A stretch of 64,000 nt of DNA from NCBI GenBank assembly GCA_965644315.1, contig CBFFRQ010000074.1, positions 1 through 64,000 of the forward strand, written 5' to 3'. Positions 56,879 to 64,000 of the stretch are shown here, piece by piece. Positions within the stretch are counted from its first letter, which is position 1. Each line of letters opens with the position of its first letter. A model generated the notes under the pieces. The model saw only the letters and a list, made by a program, of their open reading frames with translations. It ran no database searches and was not told the origin of the DNA. A program made the position numbers and the translations under genes. The stretch comes from Caecitellus pseudoparvulus. Its lineage: Eukaryota; Protista; Bigyra: Bicosoecida.

Positions 56879-57628
56879 TCAGTGGTAGCCGCCACGCCCA
56901 CGCCCGCGGCCACGCCCCCGTCCACGCCCCCGACCGCGACCACGTCCTCGACCGCGACCACGCCCACGCCCGCGACCCCGTCCGCGACCCCGTCCGCCCG
57001 CACCCAGCGCAAAGGAAGGCACATTGGTGCGCTTGGGGACCACTCGGATCTCCCTATCGTTGAAGTGTGTGCCGTTCAGCACCAGCGCGTTCTCCACAGA
57101 CGCTTCATCGGCAAACTCGACGTAGGCGAAGCCCTTGGGCTTGCCACTGAACTTGTCGGCGACAATGGTCACTCGCGTGACGACTCCGCAGGTGGAGAAG
57201 TACTCCTTTAGCTGGGCAGCCTTTACGGCGAAGTGCACGTTGCCGATGTGCACGCTGCGGCGGTCAGCAGCCTCCGCTTGCGCGTGGCGCTCTTCAGCAG
57301 CTGCCACCGCTGCGTCCACGTTGGACACTGCTTCCGAGTGGCTCTCCAGCAGCTTAGCATTGGCAGCCAGGATGTCACTCAGGACAGACTCCATCTCCTG
57401 CAGTTCAGACTGCAGCACGCCCGCCTCTGCGGCGCCCTGGGACCCCGCAGGCGTGCTTGTGCCAGCCTCCTCGTCCGAATCGGGAAGGCCGCTGATGGTG
57501 TGGCCGCCCGATGCACCGGGCCCAGCACTGTGCTCAGACGGCTCTGTAGACTGCACTTGATCAGGCACGGCTGTGCCTTCCCCTGCCATGCCCGTCTCTG
57601 CTTCGGCAGCTGCAGCGGTGGAGGCCAT
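56879..57628 (-). CDS. PABPN1: Nuclear poly(A)-binding protein (single RRM, GR tail)
   Basis: ADRRSVHIGNV, RVTIVADKFSGKPKGFAYVEF, IRVVPKRTNVP, (GR)n tail. Confidence 0.9.
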   Translation of the reverse strand: MASTAAAAEAETGMAGEGTAVPDQVQSTEPSEHSAGPGASGGHTISGLPDSDEEAGTSTPAGSQGAAEAGVLQSELQEMESVLSDILAANAKLLESHSEAVSNVDAAVAAAEERHAQAEAADRRSVHIGNVHFAVKAAQLKEYFSTCGVVTRVTIVADKFSGKPKGFAYVEFADEASVENALVLNGTHFNDREIRVVPKRTNVPSFALGAGGRGRGRGRGRGRGRGRGRGRGRGRGRGRGRGRGRGGYH

Positions 57629-57922
57629 GCCAGCAAGGGCTGACGGCGCAAATACCGCAGACCACAACACCCAACACAAGGTGCTTGGACTCACCACACG
57701 CAAAGCACACAGCAACGGGGGGAAGCTGAAGCCTGCCTGCGATGCGTTGTTACGTTCACTTTTCTCCCATCCACACAAATGCACCCACCTGCATCCCCAC
57801 ACCCCTTGTGCTGCTGGCCGAGCTCTGCCTGAGCTTGCTACAGACCAGCGTAGCGTTTCGCTGTTCTGGGGGTGCACGCCGTGCCCGCCTTGCAACTCGC
57901 CTGCCGGCCATAAGTCGAGACC

Positions 57923-60179
57923 ATGGCTGCGGCGTCCGACAAGAAACTCCGCATTGCAATTGTCAGCAATGACAAGGTGAGCCACGCAGGCGCTCCCGCG
58001 GCGCAAGCAGGCGCCAGGGCAGTCGTTTCGTGCCTCTGGTCCGCACCCACGGACTTGGCGACACGCACTCCTCCCCACCGCGCAGTGCAAGCCCAAGAAG
58101 TGCCGCCAAGAGTGCCGCAAGTCGTGCCCTGTCGTGCGAATGGGTGCGTTTGCTGCCGCCAGTGCCAGTCCAGCTGCAGCCGCCTCACACTTCCGCACAC
58201 GCTGGCTGGCGCAGGCAAGCAGTGCATCGAGGTGACGCCTGCCTCCAAGACCGCCTTCATCTCCGAGACGCTGTGCATCGGCTGTGGCATCTGCGTGGAC
58301 CGCTGCCCCTTCAGCGCCATCAGCATCATCAACCTGCCCAAGGTGCGCAGCAGTGCTGTCCACGCCGTACGACTTGCCCCACCGACCCTGCACTGTGCCT
58401 GCTCCCGTCCCCGCACAGGACCTGGACGGGCACACCACGCACAGGTACGGGCCCAACAGCTTCAAGCTGCACCGCCTGCCCACGCCCCGTGGCGGCCAGG
58501 TGCTGGGCCTGGTCGGCACCAACGGCATCGGCAAGAGCACTGCCCTGCGCATCCTGTCTGCCAAGATGAAGCCCAACCTGGGGCAGTTCGAGGACCCCCC
58601 CACGTGGGAGGCCATCTTGAAGAACTTCCGAGGCAGCGAACTGCAGGGGTACTTCACCCACATCCTGGAGGAGAAGATCAAGGCCGTCATCAAGCCGCAG
58701 TATGTGGACAGCATCCCCCGCGCAGTGCAGGGGCAGGTGGAGGCCATCATCGCAGGCAAGGACAAGCGCGGCGTGCGGGACACCATGATGGTGGACCTGC
58801 AGCTGGACCACGTCAAGACCCGCGAAATCGCGTTCCTGTCGGGCGGCGAGCTGCAGCGCTTCGCCATCGCCGTCGTGGCGGTGCAGGATGCCGACGTGTA
58901 CATGTTCGACGAGCCCTCCTCCTACCTGGACGTCAAGCAGCGCATGCGTGCCGCCAACGTCATCCGCTCCCTGCTGGACGGCGAGGGTGCCGACCGCAAG
59001 TACGTCATCTGCGTCGAGCACGACCTGGCCGTGCTGGACTACTTGTCTGACTTCATCTGCTGCTTGTACGGCTCCCCCGCCGCGTACGGCGTGGTGACCA
59101 TGCCCTTCTCTGTGCGCGAAGGCATCAACGTCTTCCTGGCCGGCTTCGTGCCCACAGAGAACCTGCGCTTCCGAGAGGAGGAGCTGACGTTCAAGGTGGC
59201 CAGCGTCGCAGAGGAGGACGCTGCCGCCGCCGCCGCCGCTGCCGACACGGGCAAGTCCGGGAAGAAGAGCAGGGGCGCCGCCGCAAAGAGTGCCACAAAG
59301 GCAGGCGGCAAGGCAGGCAGCAAGGCCGCTGCCGCCCCGGCTGCTACCGCTGCTGCTGAGGAGGAGGTGGCCACCCCAACCGCTGGCACCCGCACCTACC
59401 CTGCCATGTTCAAGCACTTGGAGGGCAAGAAGGGCTCCTCCTTCAAGCTGCACGTGGAGCCTGGCTCCTTCAAGGACAGCCAAATCATCGTCATGCTGGG
59501 CGAGAACGGCACGGGCAAGACTACCTTCATCCGCATGCTGGCTGGGCTCATGCAGCCTGACGTGCCAGAGGGCACGGAGCCCCCCAAGCTGGACGGCTTC
59601 TCTGTCTCGTACAAGCCCCAGAAGATCAACCCTCGCTTCGAGGGCAGCGTGCGCCTGCTGCTGCACAAGAAGATCAGGGACGCGTACCTGCACCCACAGT
59701 TCGCCACCGACGTCACTAAGCCCCTGAACTTGGAGAACATCATCGACCAGGAGGTCAAGAACTTGTCTGGAGGTGAACTGCAGCGCGTTGCCCTGGTGCT
59801 GGCGCTGGGCAAGCCGGCAGACGTGTACCTCATCGATGAGCCCAGCGCCTACCTTGACTCCGAGCAGCGTATCGTGGCCGCCAAGGTCATCAAGCGCTAC
59901 ATCCTGCACGCCAAGCGCACTGCCTTCATTGTGGAGCACGACTTCATCATGGCCACGTACTTGGCTGACCAGGTCATTGTGTACGACGGCACCCCGGGAG
60001 TGGAGGCCACCGCACACAGCCCCGAGTCCCTCGTCACTGGCATGAACAAGTTCCTCGCCGCAGTGGGCATCACCTTCCGACGAGACCCCACAAACTTCCG
60101 CCCTCGCATCAACAAGAAGAACTCTGACAAAGACAGGGAGCAGAAGAAGGCTGGCGCCTACTTCTACAACGACGATTGA
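57923..60179 (+). CDS. ABCE1: ABCE1/RLI1 ribosome-recycling ATPase (introns 57977-58085, 58144-58214, 58343-58418)
   Basis: RIAIVS.DK|[31 protein letters not shown], two [31 protein letters not shown]. Confidence 0.98.
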
Positions 60180-60349
60180 GGTGTGCCAAAAATTCCCTGC
60201 GGGCCAACTGGAAATGCACGACGCAGCATGATGAGTGCCAACCGGAACAGCACCAGCACGTCAGATACACTCGAGGTGCACAACCAATAATCGGAACACC
60301 AAGTATCAAAACCACTGCCTCAGTAAGGCAGCACCAAGGAAAGAACGCG

Positions 60350-60354
60350 AAAAA
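60350..60354 (-). terminator. Pol III T-tract terminator of tRNA-Arg
   Basis: TTTTT on the minus strand, beginning 5 nt after the tRNA 3' end. Confidence 0.75.
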
Positions 60355-60358
60355 GATA

Positions 60359-60431
60359 AGTCCGACACGGGCCTCGATCCCGCAACCTCTCGATCCGTAG
60401 TCAAGTGCGCTGCCAATTGCGCCAACCGGAC
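60359..60431 (-). tRNA. tRNA-Arg(ACG)
   Basis: Minus strand GTCCGGT TG GCGC AATTGGCA GCGC A CTTGA CTACGGA TCGAG AGGTT GCGGG ATCGAGG CCCGT GTCGGAC T folds into a full cloverleaf with anticodon ACG. Confidence 0.92.
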
Positions 60432-60453
60432 GCTCTAGTGAAACAAAGTTGTG

Positions 60454-60460
60454 TATATAA
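60454..60460 (-). promoter_or_regulatory. TATA-like element upstream of tRNA gene
   Basis: TTATATA on the minus strand, 23-29 nt upstream of the tRNA 5' end, in otherwise GC-rich DNA. Confidence 0.5.
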
Positions 60461-61110
60461 TGTTATGCATAATTACCCTTGCCACATTTCCGACTGTCGA
60501 ATTCGATCGTCACCACACTGACCCTGAAGCGCACCGTGCAGAGGATTCATGTGAAACGTGTTGCCTTACCTGACAAACGGTGCTCCATGATACGGTTGAG
60601 AATGGCCACTGCTGGATGTGGAAACGTGGAATGGCAGGCAACCGAAGAAAGCAGAGCTGGCTGTGGAGTTGCGCAGGTGAGCAATGTTGAGACCTCGGCG
60701 CATGGACTGCCGAGAGCACATGCAGACGCGACGTACGAGGGTACAGCATGCGCGAACGCTCATCCTGGATCGGTGTGCACGTCTGAAGGGGGCTTGACAC
60801 CCATTGCGCTCAGCGCAGCAGCATTCTCGCTGCCAACGGCATTCACTGTGCCACACCAAACTCCCCATCACGCCCATCGCCACCTTCGCACTCGGCCCAT
60901 CATACTTCATGTGTAGCACATTGTGGTTTTCGGGGGTTGCTTGCTCTTGCTTGCGCCTGGCTGGGCGCGGTTGGCGCTGGCGTTGCGAAGTGTGTAGCGG
61001 CTCAATTTCCGCACTGCACAATTTTGCAAGCAGCGTAGGCATCGAGTTCGAAGCTGTGCGTCCCCGTTGTACAATAGAGGTGAATGAAAAACACCAAGAA
61101 CAAGTAGTGA

Positions 61111-64000
61111 GTGCAGGTTTGCGACGTGAAGTGGCGTCCATTGCGAGATCTCATGGCTGCTGCTGCGGCCGCGTTGCCAGCCCTTGCGCCGGTAGAACCC
61201 GCCTTGCATGATCTCGCAGGCATGGCGGCAGCAGAAGCACCCCCGGAAGTCGGAGCTTGTGAACAGGAGATGGGGCCGTTTGAGAAGCTGTGCTTGTCTG
61301 GTTTGTCCTTTGACTTCGAAGACCGCATGACTGAGGAAGCTGCAGAGTTGGTGAAGAAGATGGTGCTCGACAAGGAGTGTGCCTTCCTGCCAATGGACCA
61401 CCTCGACCGAGCGATCGATGTCCTGCAAATCACGAGCAGCTGCATACACAGGCATTCATTGCCACAAGCTCGTTTGTTCACTGGTCCAAAGGGCGTTGGC
61501 AAGACACACCTCTTCGAAACGGTTGCCGAAGTGATGGACGAGGAGAACAAGAGAGCAGCGGACGGAAGGCTCACCATTTGCTGCCACATCGACCTCCAAG
61601 AACGCAGCAACACAGACTTTGATTCCTTCCATGAGGTTTTCTTCAAGGCCATCGCCTACAAGCTTGGCCTCTTGCATCTACACCCAGACGTGGCAGGGGT
61701 TCTTACCAATCTCGCCGCTCACACTGCAGGCTCGCCAGATGACATTGTGGAGTTGGAGCACCTTCCAGGCATCTTCACGTTGCGCGGGAATCCCGAGGCT
61801 CTGTCGCCCGCACTGCGGGAGAAGTTGTCGAAAGCCGGAGCGCGTGGGCGGTTGGCAATTGCAAGCGCTTTGCTGAGGCAAGCTGGAATCGGCGTCATCG
61901 TGTTCGTTGATGAAGCGGAGTGCCTCTTTCAGCAGAGCAAATTCGACTCCGCAGTCGCGGATCGATGGCGCGAGCAACTGTATGGGATCCTGAGCTTGAA
62001 GAAGAGCGCCATTGGCATGGTGGTCTGTGCAAGCTTTCAACGCGCCCGACAGCTGTTCCTGTCCGACGGATCAGCCCATGACTTCCCGCCTGACTACGCG
62101 CATTTGTCACTGCGGGCGGACTGGAACGGGAGCAAGTTCAAGCAAGTTCGTTTGGGGGGGGTGAAATGGACGCGATCGTCTCTGATGAACTTCCTGCTCA
62201 CACACACATGCAGGGTGGTGGACCCTTCATTCACTCTGTACCGAGAGGAAGAAGAGACGCAGACTCCTGGTGCAGCGGTGGGCGCAGCACAGGAGGCATC
62301 AAGTGCAGTGGCTAAGGAGGACAAGCAGCCTTCAGAAGCAGCGCTGGAAATGGCGAGGAAGCTTGACGCGCTGTTCATGCAGCGCTGGAAGGGAAGATGA
62401 GCTTCGTGACGAGGAGAAGCTCGACAGTCCTCCCTGGAACAGTGCCCTGGAGATGTACGGGCACACACCCCGGGACCTGGCGCGTGCTGCAACGGAGCAC
62501 TTGTGTTCATGGATGCCACCTCGCCCCTGGCCAATCCCCTCTGAGTCTCGACGCCTGTCTGGCAGCAAGCTTCCAAGCGCCGCATTCAACCTGGTGATGA
62601 CCTCGTTCCTGGAGCTCTTGCCGGAGGCCGTGAGGGCAGGGCTGCCGAAAGCCACAATGCTTGGCTTTCGCTCCGCTGAGTACACTGTCCAGGAAGAGCA
62701 GCTGGAGAGGCACCTGATGAAGCTTCCCCAAGAGACACTTGCGGCAGCAGCAGGCGTCAGCACAGCGCAGGGGGCAGCTACAACCACACCAACCGCCACA
62801 CGACTTGTGGACAACGCAGTTGACAAGGGTTGGCTTGTGGAGCACGAAGACTGCTTGGGCCTGGGCAGTCTGGGGGTGTACCGCAGGTTTGGGCGTGGAG
62901 GTGTGCACGCTGACGTCATGGTGTGGATACGGTACAATGGGTACGGGCAGGAGGCCGAGCTGCCCATTACCCGTGCCCTAGCGAGGATGCCAGACCAAGG
63001 CGGGCATGTCCTTGTGACAGTCGACAGTGTCGTGGAGAAAGCCCGAGTGGGAGCCGCGAATGCCACGGAGCGAGACGTGAAGGCAAACAAGCAAGCGGCG
63101 AAAGCAAGGAAGCAATCGGCGAAAGCAAGGAAACAAGCGGCGAAAGCAAACAAGCAAGCCGTGAAGGCCAGCAACAGCGACACCGAAGGCGGGCAGCTGG
63201 CGGGGGTGCGCATGACAGTCGTGACAAATAGCACAGCAGACCTGCCTGCACAAGCGGCTGCGCCAGCGGAGAGTGTTGGGGCACCACACGCCGCAGCGGG
63301 AGCTGGCGGAGCAGGTGGTGGGGGTCAGGCAGCCGGGGCTGAGGCAGATTGGCGTGCACGTGCACGGGCTGCGTACGAGGCGCTTAAGCAGGTTCATGAG
63401 AGTCTGTGGGAGTACTTGGCTCTCCGCAAGGGTGCATTCTGGATGAAGGAGCTCCCAGATGTTTACGGTGGCGACGTGATTCGGGTGTCCTACGAAGTGA
63501 GGGGCCGCGTGACAACAGTGTGGATCATGCGTGTGCAGGTGAAGCGAGCCAACCAGAAGACACTGGAGAAAGGGGACAAGAACAAAGCGGGAGCTGCTGC
63601 AGTGCGGACGGCAGTGGAAGGCTTGATGGGTGTGGGGTCCTACAGCGAAGCGAAGCGGGAGCACATCGAGGGGAAGCACATACTCGTGGTGCGTGCAGTT
63701 GGTGACTTGATTGCTGCCGCGAAAGCGATGTACAACAAGCCCAAACTAAGGCCTGATCAGATGCCAGCATGGGACAGGCTCTTCAAAGCCTACGTCGGGG
63801 GGGAGAAGTTTCACGTTGAGGATGGCGGCGCCATGATTGCCTTGACGCACACAGTCCCAGACGGCATGCGAGAGCATGTGGAGGGGCAGCTTGGCATCCG
63901 CGTCGTGGACGGGACCAACCTGCGAGGGCACTGGGGTCCCTTGGGGCTTGCAAGCAAGGGGGAAGGACTGTATTTGGAGACTGCCGGCGCCAAACCAGAC
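61111..64000 (+). CDS. CR-type P-loop NTPase + PD-(D/E)xK-like nuclease, split by a +1 frameshift near 62390-62400; start uncertain, 3' end outside window (possible pseudogene or sequence error)
   Basis: ORF 61111-62400 has LFTGPKGVGKT and VIVFVDEAE. The +1 frame is stop-free from 62189 to 64000 (missing from the ORF track) and reads EDELRDEEK..MYGHTPRDLAR..ELPDVYGGDVIRV..WIMRVQVKR. Confidence 0.7.
63080..63166 (+). repeat. Coding 21-bp tandem repeat x4 (KANKQAA/KARKQSA/KARKQAA/KANKQAV)
   Basis: AARGCAA..AARCAA.C.G.G units. Confidence 0.85.

Noticed and set aside
56886-57000. Hexamer repeat at the PABPN1 3' end
   Set aside because: It is an ordinary coding (Gly-Arg)n tail of an RNA-binding protein.
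10405-60179. Alternative genetic code or non-canonical introns
   Set aside because: Conserved genes translate correctly with the standard code, all modelled introns are GT-AG, and I saw no repeated introner-like intron family.

Overview
GC-rich, very gene-dense nuclear DNA from a unicellular eukaryote, probably flagellated (it has FAM161). Introns are mostly 60-120 nt GT-AG spliceosomal introns and the genetic code looks standard. The core (~10.6-60.4 kb) is housekeeping: DEAD-box helicase, GLT1D1-like glycosyltransferase, CCT5, dynein LC8, RPL35A, SMC2, FAM161, a NYN-LOTUS-like protein, a giant repeat coiled-coil protein, NOP14, a USP, CNNM, GMPP, Rab21, a FAM104-like protein, LAMTOR2, G3BP, NEMF/Rqc2, PABPN1, ABCE1 and tRNA-Arg(ACG). 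Conflict-type genes flank the core. On the left are a 26-unit ankyrin array that varies mainly at ligand-contact positions and two tandem genes. These two share a duplicated ~590-bp 5' cassette encoding a mitochondrial-presequence-like leader, joined through phase-0 exon modules to different C-termini, one being a Crinkler/RHS-type P-loop NTPase + restriction-endonuclease-fold protein. On the right is a second NTPase+REase gene split by a +1 frameshift. The hexamer AATGCA recurs just downstream of many stop codons and is a candidate non-canonical polyadenylation signal. All family calls come from motif recognition by eye; no database searches were run.
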